The notes: generated from the sequence alone by a model not told the origin. Numbered from the whole stretch's first letter, positions 36,090 to 49,867 are shown. The stretch is DNA of 63,039 bases, filler included, from Globobulimina sp. (GCA_003354225.1; 28 parts of 28 records of this genome joined end to end with filler, not necessarily neighbours in it); one strand, 5' to 3'. Program-made: numbers and translations.

Positions 36090-37677
36090 TCCGTAGTAAC
36101 ATGATCCAAATCCAACTCTTTTTTGAGCTTTTCCAAGTTGGACATAGTCTGACTCTCATTCGGTAATCCCGCCGCCGGCACCGTCTGTGTGCCGTTCTCA
36201 TTTACTTTGTTCGGCGCCGGATTCAACTCAATCCATCCCAGACTTTGCCAGTTTAATGTCTCTGGATTATGTAAGGGCTCTTTCCCTTTTATTAACACCA
36301 ACTGCGGCTCGAACTGGCACGCCAACACTTGATACTCGCACTTTTTCTCAATCTTCTCGCGGGATTTGATGCCAATGCGGATGCTTTTGGTGTACGCCTT
36401 GGTTTTAACGATGGCGGGCGGATATAATTGGAATTGCTGCACCGGCATATCATCGACAATGCTGCCCAATGTCTCCAATTCTTGCGTAATGTCATAGTGT
36501 TGCACATGAAAACGCGTATTCACGACCGGAGTACCTCGATTCAGTTCCGATTCAAACTCATTTCTCGCGTCTTGCTTGGTTTTATTTACAATGTTCATTA
36601 TGCGCTCTTTGCGCATGTTGTAATTCCCCACAGATCCGGATGAATGATCTCGCGTTTTTATGTAGTTTATGTTTTTGCCCGTTTCTGCATTCACATTGTT
36701 GTTATATTCATAGTGTTTAGCTAACAGCGATTCGGCTTCGTCCCTGGCTTCGCGGCAAAACATTAGCCGTTGCGTCAATTTTGTGAATTGCGAGTCTAAG
36801 GCGAATATTTTCGAGGCGGTTTTTTTGGTGATTTCGTCCAATAATTCATCCTCGCGGCGGTCAATGATGATATGTAACTGCTCCGTCACGGATTTGACTT
36901 TGTAAGTGATGTCTTGCGAGGTTTGCTTCACATCGACAATGGCCTGATTCACATCGTGCACTGCCTGCTGATATAATAAGATTAGGTCATGCAGCTCCGA
37001 CAAGGATGTCTGTTCATTGTTTAGTGACTGCGGCAAGGACATTGTTTTGTAATTGCTGTCACTCGCATCCAGTTCATCGAATTTGTCATATTCCTCCTTA
37101 TTGTCATACGGCGATTGGTTGACGTTGAAGGTGAAGATTGGAGCCGGCTGCGATTGCGACGGTGGTTGCCGTGTCAGTGACGGCGAGGGTTTTGTTTTGG
37201 TGAATGGTTTGTTTTTGCTTTTGCTGCTTTTGTTAGCGGTTCTGGCCGAGAATGGTGGTGGTGAGGGAGGAGGGGATGGAGGTGGCGGTGGTATGGATTT
37301 GTTGCATTCTGGCTTAGGGATAGGTGGTGGTGGAATGTTCATGTTTCTATATTTAGTCTTTGTTTTAGTTTTTGCCAGTTTATGTGCTGTAATTTGGTTT
37401 TATAGGGATGTATTATGGGCGTGTCGTGCAAGGATATATGATATCATATTATATTATTCATAGATGTGCAGTGAGGGATACCTTGTGTGTTATTGGTGTG
37501 TTCTGTATCATCGTCTTCTATATCTGATTTATTATAACTGGTTTTTCGTGAATTAGGATTGCTGCGGTTCCAATTCTCTGTTTGTTTTTGCGATTTTTCG
37601 TTGAATCGCGCGATTAGTGTTGATGCTGTGGTATGTGAGGCTTTGCTTTTTTTATTTCTAGTTTTAGCAGAGGACAT
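36090..37677 (-). CDS. Proline-rich + B-box C-terminal-like coiled coil + FN3-like protein, 3'-partial; intron 37387-37481
   Basis: Poly-Pro N-terminus, coiled coil LHIIIDRREDELLDEI, then PPAIVKT...YQV...W. The intron joins the MSSAKT exon in frame. Confidence 0.6.
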
Positions 37678-37878
37678 TACAACTCACAACATTAATTAAA
37701 AAAAAACCGTTTACTATACGTACACTTCCTAATGAAGTGCATTCTAACAACGATAAAGCGTCAGGTGATATATTCATCGTCTCCAAAGTTTTAATTAAAC
37801 AAACCTCACAAACGTATTTGATATGTTGACAGAAATTGACCACCAAGATTTTATTGGTTAATATAGCAGCATTTATAT

Positions 37879-38244
37879 TGATGACAATAATCTCTCTGCA
37901 CTTGCAATTCCAGGATGAATATAACAATGAAAGTGATATATATAATATGCATCCTCTAGTAATTGCAAATAAAAGCAGTTCATCGATGAGCAATGCAAAT
38001 TGTTCAACACTATGGAGAAAACAATATCAAATTCCAATGAATAATGAAGAACTCAAGGAAAGAGTATCGGAATATTTAGGAGTGTTTACAGCATCATATC
38101 ATGGTTGGTCCGGTTATTGCAACTATAAATTCAACAAAGTACCCAAAGGAACATTCACATATTGGTTATCTCACATTGCATCACAACATAGAATAGCAGA
38201 TAAAGCTTACTTTGCAGATAAATACCTTATGAAAGAATATATTA
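37879..38244 (+). CDS. Possible TupA-like ATP-grasp protein, 3'-partial
   Basis: Hydrophobic N-terminus, and FADKYLMKEYI resembles the TupA 'ADKYxVREYV' motif at the contig end. Confidence 0.4.
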
Positions 38245-38344
38245 NNNNNNNNNNNNNNNNNNNNNNNNNNNNNNNNNNNNNNNNNNNNTTAATTAATTAA
38301 NNNNNNNNNNNNNNNNNNNNNNNNNNNNNNNNNNNNNNNNNNNN

Positions 38345-38781
38345 AAGAGATTGAATGGATTTACTTTAAAAAACTGACGGATTTGTACAGGAATACAGAG
38401 CTGATTTGTGTTTATAATGTGGATTGGATCAATGGTAATAATTTGCCATCGATCACATTGAATGACAATTTCGCAAATCAGTTATTATCGTTTTTGTCTT
38501 TGGACAGTTCCTTGTTAATGAATATTTGGATATATTTGCCAAATGAAAAAGAAATCGAAATGCAGCTATTTATCGATAAGTATGCGTCTCAGTTTTCATA
38601 TATTAAATGGAAAGCAAGCCTGCAAAATAAACAAATTCCGGGTTTGAATGAGAAATTGGGTCTTATTAAAACATTATGTGTGACCTATGAGGGACAAAAA
38701 GAAAAAGATGATGAACAACAGGATGTAAATGATGAGGAGGAGGATGATGACGACGATGATGATGAAAGCGACAGTTATTAA
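38345..38781 (+). CDS. C-terminal fragment of a hypothetical protein with acidic tail
   Basis: Open from the contig start to a stop after a D/E run. Confidence 0.55.
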
Positions 38782-38938
38782 TTTTTTTGTGCGTGTTGTG
38801 TTTTTTTTTGTATAAATTATTTTTTTGACTTTCCAGAATTTCCTCTTTGTGGCAAATATTTTTCGAATTAAGAATTTTACCCAGCTGCTGTGAAAATCTT
38901 TTTTCATCTTCTAGCCATCTTAAAAATTGAGTGCAAGG

Positions 38939-40499
38939 ATGGCAATGCAAGTACAAGCCGAAGGAACTGGGTATTCAGTAGGCGAGAATGAAGCAAATAA
39001 TATGGAACAATTTCTCTCTGATCAAAGTGTATCGCACACTGCCATTAAAAAATTGATTAGCAATGGATTGGATACTATGTATGCTATATATTGTGGTATA
39101 TTTTTTTATATATAATGGCAAATATGATTGTCAATTTATTCATTAGTGATCATTTGAAAAGCATTGGTGATGCAGATATTGACGATTTATGCAAAGAGTG
39201 TGGAATTAAAACCATACAAAAAATAAAATTGAAAACCGCGATAAAAAAATTAAAAAACAAGACACCAAAACCACGCGAACCGCAGAATTTAGCTCCTGTT
39301 TAGTTACAATATCATATCATATATTTATATAAATTGATTTTTTATTTGTTGTAGATTTTGATAGATAAAGAAGAAAGAATAGCGCTCACAAAGATGGCTG
39401 AAAAAGTGAAAGCAATCGAAAGTGCCATTAATTTGGTTGCTGACACCACAAAAAGTTAAAATATATATATTTATCCTCGCACTCACACTCCATATATATA
39501 AACATGTCAATTATATAGATATTGATGCCCAAATCGCCAATCATATGAATAATATTCAAACGACATTTAAAGAGCTTCATGAATCATTAGATCAAAGACA
39601 GCAAGAATTAATTGAAAAATTGAAGAAAATTGCATATGGAAAAAAAGATAAACTACAAAATGTATCAAATGCATTAAATCAACAACATAATGCGTCAAAA
39701 CAAGTTAATTTTATTATAAATTCCCGGTTCTGTCCACATATTCACACAACATTCCAAATTGCAAATACTTGACAGAAATTACAGGAATGCACAGAGAGAG
39801 TATCCAAACCAACAGAAATACATGAAATTAACTCTCGAATTGCAGAGATTTCAAACATTGCAAATGAAGTCAATCAAATTACAATTGTAACAAAAGAAGA
39901 TTCAGTGATAAGTTGTAATAAAATATTCTTATTATTACAGAAAACATTAATAAATAAAACAATAAATGAGTTTGGTGCAGTCACTGGCGGTGCCGTACCA
40001 ATTGTGGTCTCATTAACAGATAATCGCGATTATACTGTGGGCATTGAATGGAAATTACATTCAAAGGACTCATTGCAACAAAAAGAAAATAATAAATTAA
40101 AGATTGCATGGAGCGAAAGTAAATCCGATGATATTCAACAATGTGATGAAAAATGGGAGAATGATAAGCAAATCGAGTTGAAAAATGATGAAAATGTGTC
40201 AATTAATATTTCTGTAGACAGCAAAATTGCAAATTATTTTTTCCAAATACAATATTTTGATGGAAATGAGTGGTCATCAAAAAGTAAAATAAAATCTGTA
40301 TCGATAAAAAATTGGACAGATTCATGGGATCCAAATTGTAAAGCTGATGATTTGCAAATCAGTGGAAATTCAATTATTAATACTAATGGTTTTCTGGGAA
40401 GTTCTTATTTGAGTCGAGTTGTGAGTGAAGGTGTTCATTGTTGGAAGTTTAAAATTGATAAATATTCTGGCGGTTGGCAATTGATTGGAGTTTGGAAGA
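38939..40499 (+). CDS. SAM + coiled-coil + FN3 + SPRY-like protein, multi-intron, 3'-partial
   Basis: SAM-like exons (KKLISNGLDT / LKSIGDADIDDLCKECGIKTIQKIKLKTAIKKL), coiled coil LHESLDQRQQELI, FN3 YFFQIQY...WS, and SPRY-like GVHCWKFKI...LIGVWK. Confidence 0.65.
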
Positions 40500-41290
40500 N
40501 NNNNNNNNNNNNNNNNNNNNNNNNNNNNNNNNNNNNNNNNNNNTTAATTAATTAANNNNNNNNNNNNNNNNNNNNNNNNNNNNNNNNNNNNNNNNNNNNA
40601 AGTGATTTACTTTTTTATAGAGAGAATAATTCATATTTAAATGTAATAAATCCGAAAATATTTCCCATATTTACAAATATTAATAAAATTGTTATTTATA
40701 CAACAGATATCTATGAAAGAAGAGATTATATATTTAATTTATTATCATTTTTATCATCGATTCAGTCATGCAAACCATCCATTAAATATATTATTAAAGC
40801 ACAGATAGTATGGGGAAGAGATAAAACCTGGTTAAGTGATATTTTGAATGAATCAATAAAACAAAGATTCAATGATAAAAAATGGAATATCAATTTATCA
40901 ACAGATGGTGACTGGGATTATTTGATAATTAAGAAATGATTTAATTTTTTTTTATTGTTTTTGCATATTTTTTCAGATTTATTAATATTTTTATAAAAAC
41001 TTCACTTTGCAAACCCAATGCAATATTACAAATATATTTGATCAAATCATATACAAAAAATCGACCGGTTGGTTGGCTCATAATAATTGAGTTAAAATCA
41101 TAATTTGTAATTATAACTGAATTCATAATTTGTCATAATTCATAATTTTTAATGGCGGAGATATGGTTAATTGGACTAAGGTTTTTCAATCACTTGTTCT
41201 CAAAACTCGCATCGCATCGCATCATCATCATCCTCTACTACTCTGTCAAAAAAAAAGCATCTGAAACAAATCAACATCATATAATCAACA

Positions 41291-41734
41291 ATGTTGACCC
41301 GTCAGTTACTCCGCAACGTCAAATATATCCAAGCATCCGCATCATTATCTCCATTATCACTCATTGGTTCAAAATATTCCCTCCATACAATCAATCCTTG
41401 CACTCCATTTTATAACACCTACTCAAATAATAATACGATGCACAGAATAACATCAATTCGATCATTTAGCAGCGCATTGGAATCTGATGATATTTTAGAA
41501 CGCATCAAAAAGGTTTTAGGCGAAATGGAAAGAGCAAAATTAAGCGATGCTCAGCCATTAACCGCTGAGTCTAATATTTCCACCGATGTTGGTTTAGATT
41601 CCTTGGATTTTGTTGAATTTGGTATTGCGTTGGAGGATGAATTTGGGATAGAAATTGACGATGACAAAGCCGAAGGGATTGTTACTGTGGGCGATGCCAT
41701 ACAATTAATTAAAGAAAATCCAAATGCCGCATAA
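41291..41734 (+). CDS. Mitochondrial acyl carrier protein
   Basis: DVGLDSLDFVEFGIALEDEFGIEIDDDKAEGIVTVGDAI carries the DSL phosphopantetheine site, after a long Arg/Ser-rich presequence. Confidence 0.93.
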   Translation: MLTRQLLRNVKYIQASASLSPLSLIGSKYSLHTINPCTPFYNTYSNNNTMHRITSIRSFSSALESDDILERIKKVLGEMERAKLSDAQPLTAESNISTDVGLDSLDFVEFGIALEDEFGIEIDDDKAEGIVTVGDAIQLIKENPNAA

Positions 41735-42259
41735 TTAAATGACTGTTTTATCTATGATTTGTTCATGATTTTATATCCTTGCACTGTTACACTGTGTTTC
41801 TGACATTTTATTACATCTTCATTTTTTTTTATGATGTTTTTTTAGTTACAATGTCCCTGCGATGTTGACAAAACTAAATACTTTCAAATTATAAAGCAAT
41901 TTGTTTTTTTATTATTTTATATAATGTATTTGTTTTTTTTCCGATAATTTTGTTTCTATCGCCAATTTCGGTGTTGTGTTATATTTATTTTTAGTAAGTT
42001 TGATATCTTGACACACACTGCAACATAAAATCAGAAATGAGAATTTCCAGAAATTTCTCTTTGGGTGAAATAGTTTTCACTGTTTTTAAAGTCAATGAAT
42101 GTTTTTTATTTTATCCGTAACAAAAACTGATTGAAAAACATAAATCGATTATAATATATATTAATTATAAGAACAAAAACCAAACGAACAAAAATGAATC
42201 AATTGAAACGTTGACAGAACAATAAATACAATAAAATATATAAAAAACACACGCATATT

Positions 42260-42754
42260 TCACGTTTGTGGATCATTTTTTTCAGAGTCAATAACAATCG
42301 CAACATTCGCATCATCCTCATATTCATCCTCCTCATAATCGTATTCATCATCTTCCTCTTCCTCTTCATATGAATATTCCGGGTCCTCTTCCACCTCATA
42401 CTCATACTCATCCTCATCATCACTCCCTGCCCCAATATTATACAAATTGCCGCGGAATTCATTGTGATTTTGTTTGATAATTTTCTCCAAATACAATACA
42501 ATTTGCCCAAATGTCGGTCTTTTCTGTGGTTTGTACTCCCAGCAACCCGTAATTAAATCGCTAAATTCCTTGGGACAATCGGAGGGTATATTTGGTCGAA
42601 AGCCGGATTTCAGTCTTTGTGCGTATTGCAATGTCGACACAGAGGTTAATACATTATCCTCTTTACCACAACTTTGCGACGAATAGATTTCCCACAAAAC
42701 AACACCATACGAAAATACATCCACTTTGCCTTTACAACACAACAACCAAATATT
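42260..42754 (-). CDS. TKL/Tyr-like protein kinase C-lobe with acidic tail, 5'-partial
   Basis: KVDVFSYGVVLWEI...RPNIPSDCP...LITGCW...RPTF. Confidence 0.88.
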   Translation of the reverse strand, partial: NIWLLCCKGKVDVFSYGVVLWEIYSSQSCGKEDNVLTSVSTLQYAQRLKSGFRPNIPSDCPKEFSDLITGCWEYKPQKRPTFGQIVLYLEKIIKQNHNEFRGNLYNIGAGSDDEDEYEYEVEEDPEYSYEEEEEDDEYDYEEDEYEDDANVAIVIDSEKNDPQT

Positions 42755-42957
42755 NNNNNNNNNNNNNNNNNNNNNNNNNNNNNNNNNNNNNNNNNNNNTT
42801 AATTAATTAANNNNNNNNNNNNNNNNNNNNNNNNNNNNNNNNNNNNNNNNNNNNGTTTGATCGTTTATTTTGTTCAGGGATTACAAAACAAGATCAATCT
42901 CTTGCCGCCTTATTAAAATCAGCCAAAATCCAATCAATACAGTCAAAGTCACAAAAC

Positions 42958-43890
42958 ATGAATGAAGAAAAAAAAGAAGATGATGCGTGTGAATCAATGG
43001 CATTGTGTAAATTTTATGGCGCTGGATTTTGTTATCGAGGCTTACGATGTGATTCATTGCATAATGGGGATAAGATCAGCAAATATGAAGAACAATGGCT
43101 AAATGGAAAAATAGTTGTAAATCAACAATGTTTACCATTAATCTCGCTTGCTCCAACATTTTCAATTCAACGTGTTAAAAAACAGAAATTTGACTATATA
43201 TTAGTCTTAGATTTGGAGGGAAAGGATGAAATTATAGAACTGCCGTGCATTCTGATTGACTTATTGTCAATGAAAGAAGTATCACGTTTTCATTGTTGGA
43301 CACGACCAACAAATTGGGATAAAGGAGGAATACCGAAATATATGCAGACGAATAATGATTTTGTTAATATAAAATCCAAAGCCATTCCGTTTGGAAAAGC
43401 GTTGCGATTATTAAGTGAATGGTTATTTAAATTTGATATTTATTTGGATCAAAATGGTGAATATATTAAGAATCCAACAAGTAATAAAATATCCAAATCG
43501 TTTTTATGTGCAATTTGTGGGAATTGGGATATAAAAACACAAATACCGAAACAATGTAGAATTTGTAATATTAAGTTACCAAAATATTTTAATCAATGGA
43601 TGAATATAAAAGACTTTGCATTGACTATTTATCCGCAGTTTCAGCCATATCAAGTAAAAGGAATGTTTTCTTTATTAAAGCGATTAAAGATGGACCTATA
43701 TGGAACGCATCATTTAGGTATGGATGACACGTATAACATTGCAAGAATAGTAATGCAATTTGCAATGGATAATGCAATATTTGATTGCACTGCGTATAGA
43801 GATGTTTATTCGCAAAAAGTAATTTATAAGAATAATAATCGGAGAGTCTCACAATATCATACATCGAAAAGATCACCAAATAACCAATAA
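42958..43890 (+). CDS. CCCH zinc finger + ERI1-like DEDDh 3'-5' exonuclease
   Basis: CKFYGAGFCYRGLRCDSLH; LVLDLEG, EIIELP, CGNWDI, GTHHLGMDDTYNIARI. Confidence 0.88.
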   Translation: MNEEKKEDDACESMALCKFYGAGFCYRGLRCDSLHNGDKISKYEEQWLNGKIVVNQQCLPLISLAPTFSIQRVKKQKFDYILVLDLEGKDEIIELPCILIDLLSMKEVSRFHCWTRPTNWDKGGIPKYMQTNNDFVNIKSKAIPFGKALRLLSEWLFKFDIYLDQNGEYIKNPTSNKISKSFLCAICGNWDIKTQIPKQCRICNIKLPKYFNQWMNIKDFALTIYPQFQPYQVKGMFSLLKRLKMDLYGTHHLGMDDTYNIARIVMQFAMDNAIFDCTAYRDVYSQKVIYKNNNRRVSQYHTSKRSPNNQ

Positions 43891-44051
43891 CTTTGTAACT
43901 TTTCCTTGAAACAAGAGCTGTTTTAATTTGACTTTTGATGCTAGCTAGAAATGTAATCTTAAGCTTCTATGGTTTGTGGTCAGTTAGGAAGACTAAAGAA
44001 ACGCCAAACATATTCAAATAATGTCACATATTTGACCTGAACTGGTGTTGT

Positions 44052-44798
44052 TTATTCGTATTCCATCATTGGTGTTGGTGTGATATGATAAAACCTATAT
44101 TTTTTCAAATGTGATGTAAGCAGTTTATATCCTATACATATTTTGCCATTGTCGTCATTGCGATTAAATATAGCCAATATGCCCGTTCCTTTTACTGTTC
44201 CGCCAGTTGCACTAATTTTGCTTTGCGATTCCATTTTTAAATTATTTTTTTGGTTAATCACAATGTGTATGCTTCCACCGCATCCTACGCCATATGTATG
44301 CGCACCATATTTGCTATAAAATCCACCACTTTTACCATTACATGTAATCTTTGCATATTTACCCAGTGTTATTGAACCAAAACAGTTAATTTTTATATTG
44401 CCGCCATTGTCGCCATGACCATTAGAACCATCAACATGAATATGCGCATTTTGTTGCAATATTATATCTCCAGTACAGAGAATATTTATTGAGTTATAGC
44501 GTCCGGTTAATATTCCATTTTTTTTAATTAATATGGAATTGCATGAATGAACATGTTCATCCAAGTATTTTGTTTTATTTTCTTCGACAATTAAATGTCT
44601 ATTGCCAACAATATAAAATATTAAACATGAATATTTAATATCACTTGGTATACACAAGGAATATTCATTTAAAATATTTTTTCTAATATATCCATCGATT
44701 AATAATGCACCAAAATCATGATAGTTTTTGTGTATGGTATTAGTGTTTGGATTTTTTTGATTTAATTGCTTATTTTTGAGGGATGTACAAGTGCCCAT
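44052..44798 (-). CDS. Putative N-myristoylated protein with Gly-rich beta-solenoid-like C-terminus
   Basis: MGTCTS start, LLIDGYIR...IPSDI helical motif, and GGNIKI/GCGGSIHI/ISATGG repeats. Confidence 0.55.
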   Translation of the reverse strand: MGTCTSLKNKQLNQKNPNTNTIHKNYHDFGALLIDGYIRKNILNEYSLCIPSDIKYSCLIFYIVGNRHLIVEENKTKYLDEHVHSCNSILIKKNGILTGRYNSINILCTGDIILQQNAHIHVDGSNGHGDNGGNIKINCFGSITLGKYAKITCNGKSGGFYSKYGAHTYGVGCGGSIHIVINQKNNLKMESQSKISATGGTVKGTGILAIFNRNDDNGKICIGYKLLTSHLKKYRFYHITPTPMMEYE

Positions 44799-45862
44799 CG
44801 TTGCAATATTACTACGCTTTAAGAAAAAAAGTTTTTGAAGAATGTTCCGTAAACATCAACTCTCAACAATACCAACTTCCTTCTCCTAACAACATCTGCA
44901 CAATTAATATAAATACAATTTCCCGATCCAAAATTTGAAATGAAATTATCTGAAAAACAAATCGATTCCGAAATCGTTAGTTTGAGAATTTGTTTTGTAA
45001 CAATGTTTNNNNNNNNNNNNNNNNNNNNNNNNNNNNNNNNNNNNNNNNNNNNTTAATTAATTAANNNNNNNNNNNNNNNNNNNNNNNNNNNNNNNNNNNN
45101 NNNNNNNNAGCCATTAAAATATTACAAACTTGTTTAGCTGGTGTTGTCTCTTCAGATAATTTATGTGATCCATATTACAGTTTATTAGTAAAGTTAATAA
45201 ATTATAAATTATCCTCATCCAAATCAATTGAAACCAATTCACCCTCGCTTCCACCATATATTACACATATTTTTAATCATATTTTAAAATCAGTTACTTT
45301 CATACATATTGATGTTGAATTATTTAAAAAAGAGTTAGTTTATACAGATATTGTTGGTTGTCCCCAATATGGATATTTTAAGTTATTTTCATTATTTATG
45401 CATTCAAATAATTGGATTCGTTTCAAGGTTTTCCATAAATTGGTTCCTAAAATAAGTCAAATAGCAATTAGGTGTACTGAATATTCAACTAATAATTATA
45501 AATTTTCCCCATCAATAATGATAACAGATGACATTTTATTGGATATTTATAAGGTTTTATCATATTGACCCTTAAAGGCTATTTATATTGTTTCACCATT
45601 AAATAGTTTCTCATCATTAAGATTATTAATAAAGAAATACAATGATAATTTTTTAAAATGTGGATATAAATTAATATTACAAATTGGAAAAGTGAATGAT
45701 GTTCAATATGGAAGTTGTGATACATTTGATATAGTAAAAGAATAAAAGAATCAGTGACTTGCAATAATTATAGTTGTAATAATTTGTCTGTGCGTGCCAG
45801 GATAATTAATTTATGTTAATGTGTTTGAATATCCTTAGTTAATTTGAGTGAGTTAGAAGAGA

Positions 45863-47262
45863 ATGGCAAACAGAGAACAACCAACTCAATTCCCTCCCCA
45901 ACTACATAAAAGCAATCAGCTCGAGTCATTAATCGGTCCATTACTGTCCAATTGGGGTCCATTTAAGTTTGATGACTTCCAATTCACATTATTCGACTTA
46001 ATCGCCAACGCCTCGGAAGCTGGCATCCAACAATACGTCGAATTCAAATCAAACGACATCTATAAATTCCTATTAACTCTCTTCATTACCTCCTTACACA
46101 AAAACAATCCATTACGGCTCGTCAACAACGCACCAAATCTCTTATCGACCGCTGCCAAAACCAAACCAGACCAAAAACGCACCACAGACAACCCCTTAAA
46201 CTCTATTTTAGTGTCACCACCACACACTTTGCCACCACCACCCAAACGGCGACACTCTCAACAAAAAGCAGCCACAAACAATGATAATGACAACGCCGAT
46301 AATATAACCGAACCCGATACAGATTCTCCATTCGAGCATAAAAACAAAAACAACAATATCGACCCAACGTTAACGGAGGCGTTTTTAGAGCGTAATCTTT
46401 CAGGCATTGAAGAGTCGAAAGAAAAGGACAAATATGTGAGCAATGGCAATGTGTTCGATACACCGCCCCAATCCTCAGACGTATTGATCTCAAACAAGAA
46501 TAAAAACTATTTCGATGATATATTGCTGAGTGACAATGAGAATGACAATGATAATGATTTCAGTAAAACGTACGAGTCCTATGACGGGGACGAATTTTTC
46601 GCCACTCGCTCCACCACGACACGCGAATACACCACGACTGAGAAATTCAAATGCAATCCGAAGGAAAAAGCGGTTGTGGAGGAATGGCGGCATTTATTGC
46701 ATGACATTAAGGAGACGCCTTCGCCGCAACCAATACTGTATGAGAATGAGAATGAGGGCAATGAGGAGAAAGAAGACGCTGTTATTGTACCCACAGGTTA
46801 TATTATATTTTTTTCCATCCTTGCACTTAAGTTGCAAGTTTTTGAGTGTGTCCATGCCACCATGTCACGCTTACAGTTACTACTTTTAATACACAGCGGA
46901 AGCTATAAAACAAGAGCAAGAGGACAATGACATGATATTGATAGAAACTGCGGAAATGATAGCTCCTATGACGCGCATTAAGGGCAAATTCAAATTGACC
47001 TCAACCTCAATCACCTTCATCCCCGACGCCCAGCAACCCTCCAAAAACAAAGAAGAGGTCAACTTAGCTATGAACCCGCCACCTTTGCCATTATCGCCGC
47101 GCGCCAACTCTTCGCGGGCGCGCTCCTCCAGTTACGGTGTGGTGAAAAGTGCCGTTTTAAACGAAGCTGAAAAGGATAATATGGAGCCAGAACTGGATAA
47201 AAATGCAGAGGCAAATGGCAGTGTCAGTAGACTGACCAACAAAGAAAACGAATATTGGGTGG
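45863..47262 (+). CDS. PH-BEACH (neurobeachin-like) protein, 3'-partial; intron 46797-46896
   Basis: After splicing, ETAEMIAPMTRIKGKFKLTSTSITF matches the first strands of the BEACH-associated PH domain. Confidence 0.65.
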
Positions 47263-47362
47263 NNNNNNNNNNNNNNNNNNNNNNNNNNNNNNNNNNNNNN
47301 NNNNNNTTAATTAATTAANNNNNNNNNNNNNNNNNNNNNNNNNNNNNNNNNNNNNNNNNNNN

Positions 47363-48738
47363 AATACATAGCAATTGCAACAATAATCCCTTAACACGCG
47401 TACATAGGCACGCAATGCTTGCAATATATTCACAAACAAAGAGCCAAACACAATCGAACCTAACGAAGTCGTACAGCATCGGATTAAAGCCCGGCAAGCC
47501 GGGTACGACAAGCTTGCATTACTCGGCGAGAAGTACCAATGGGCGGTGATGCCGCAGATAATCGTATGTCCAATGTTTTTAATGATCTGATGGTTCCATA
47601 CAAAGGAGAGGATTAAAATGAATAAAACGCCAGCAAAGTCTGACGATGATTTAGTATGATAAAAAGTGGCAGTCCAAGCCACCACAATCGAGCCCCAGAT
47701 AAACATCCAAAATATTTCACAGATCAATACTCCAAAAGCAACCATCAACGCAGAAGGGGTGGTGGCTAAAATAGAGGAACCCAATTGTAATAAAGCTATG
47801 GTATACGTGATTTTCTTGCGTATCAATAAAGTAAATACGCCAAAGATGACAAATAAAATGGTGAATATCACTCCTATTCCGGTGAAACTGTCGCCGACAA
47901 TGTAACAAAAGGCAGCAAACGCACATATAAATATTACTATTCACACAGAAACATAACAACATTAATATTGCATTTGCGAGGTAGTCACTTAACAATTGCC
48001 GAGGATTAAGACCCAACAAATATAGCCACCGCAATATTTCAACAGGAAAGTCCATGCGAATGAAAATATGACAGCAAAAGCCAATAAAAATAACAATATG
48101 AATAAGCCATTGCTGGCATGCGGCATTGACACATGTTTGGAGCTCCAGACAATGACTAAAACAATGAGCACTGCGATGCAATGTAGTATGCATACAATGG
48201 TCCAGCCCCAGTCATGGCATTTGCTGTCTTTATAATTTAAACGGGGACCATAATATTTGGAGAGCGAAAAACTATCATTACTCTTATTGTTCATTCTATG
48301 TTTAGGCAAAGTTAAATTTATATCATCTGCATTAATGGTGTTAGATTTGTCGTTATTTTGAGCCGCACATTTGGGTGAATATAATTCAACTTCTTCCAAT
48401 TCGGAAAGGGTCGATTCATCATCGGAGTCATCACTCGCTTCCGCAATTTGATGTGCTGTGTTTGTTGAGCCGTTTGCATGCTTATCGTTGTTGTTATTGT
48501 TTGTGTATTCTTCATCGTCTTCGTCGACATCATAGTCGCCATCATCAAATGATGAGTTGAGCATAAGATATGTTTGTTTGGAGGCTTTTTTCTTATTTTT
48601 TTTCGTTTGTTTATTTGGAGATTTGGTCAATGATATGGTCTCGTTGTGGTCAGAATTATCGTCATGATCTGCTGGTATAATTGCTGCTGCTTCGTATTTA
48701 GAATTATTTTTCCTTTTTGCTGAAAATCTAGTTGCCAT
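47363..48738 (-). CDS. Choline transporter-like (SLC44/PNS1) protein, 3'-partial; intron 47937-47993
   Basis: KCHDWGW, W..QIIKNIGHTIICG..AHWYF, TTSLGSIVFGSL. Confidence 0.88.
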
Positions 48739-48863
48739 TGCTTACCGCTTAGTAGAAAAAGAACTTTTTTAGTTGAATATTTGGTAATAATCCGAAAAAA
48801 ATAAATAGTACAACAATAATTACCAGTCAAGTTTAACTCATATCCTTTTCATATGCAAAATCA

Positions 48864-49516
48864 GTGATTATTATTATGAATGCAATGTACTTAAATGATG
48901 AAGATTATCAATTATATCAAGAAAATAGAATTGATATAACAATTGACGGCGAAAAATTGAAAGTACTACCAAAACAAGAAAAATTTAAGTATTTAGGATT
49001 GGATATGCAATTTGATGAAGAAAAAAAACAATTTGTGTGGAAATATCATATAAATAAAGTAATATCGGCATCGTATGGAGCAATAATATCATTGCCATAC
49101 TGCGTCACCCAGATCGTAAGTATAAAAACAAAAATATCAATAATAATGTCCAGAATGAATATCTATGGTCTTGCAATTATAAAAATGAATGAACCACAGA
49201 TAAGCAAATACGAAAAATGGTTATCGTATGCAATAAGAAAGATGATAGGAATATATACAACGACTATGGGAGCAATTATACATATCCTGTTTGGAATAAA
49301 TAGGTTAAAAAATGTCAATTATAAAGCATTAATTAAAATGTATAAAAGAACCATGAATGGTGATGATGAAACATTAAAAAATATGATTATTACACAGAAA
49401 TGGCTCCTAAAAAATAAATTGAGAAATAAAAAGATAAGGAGGAGATTGGTAAATAATAGAAAAATAAATAAATTTGATGTTGTGCAAAGTAATCAAGTCT
49501 ATTATTACCAAATTAA
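48864..49516 (+). mobile_element. Non-LTR retrotransposon ORF2 fragment (RT thumb region)
   Basis: ITIDGEKLKVL...KFKYLGL...WKYHINK...YG...IRKMIG...IHILFGI is the typical post-YADD LINE segment. Abrupt compositional change near 48860. Confidence 0.75.
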
Positions 49517-49785
49517 NNNNNNNNNNNNNNNNNNNNNNNNNNNNNNNNNNNNNNNNNNNNTTAATTAATTAANNNNNNNNNNNNNNNNNNNNNNNNNNNN
49601 NNNNNNNNNNNNNNNNACCTAATTTGTTTGCTGTTAATAATTTGGATGCGTAAGACATATTATAATTTATAAGTTATAAAATATAATTTGTTATTAATTA
49701 AAGTTTTTGAGAGTTTGTTTAAGAGTTTTGGAGAGTTAAGGGAGTTTGAATAATAAATAGTTTTGAATTATAAACTTAATGGAAA

Positions 49786-49793
49786 TCAATTTT
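49786..49793 (-). promoter_or_regulatory. Mimiviridae-type early promoter AAAATTGA upstream of the next gene (ATG 49658, MSYASKLL...)
   Basis: Exact octamer in the intergenic region, on the same strand as the other two. Confidence 0.6.
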
Positions 49794-49867
49794 AATATTT
49801 TTTTTGGATTTTTTTTGGATTTTATTTATTTTTTTGGATATCTTTATACTTATCCAAGTAATAAATA

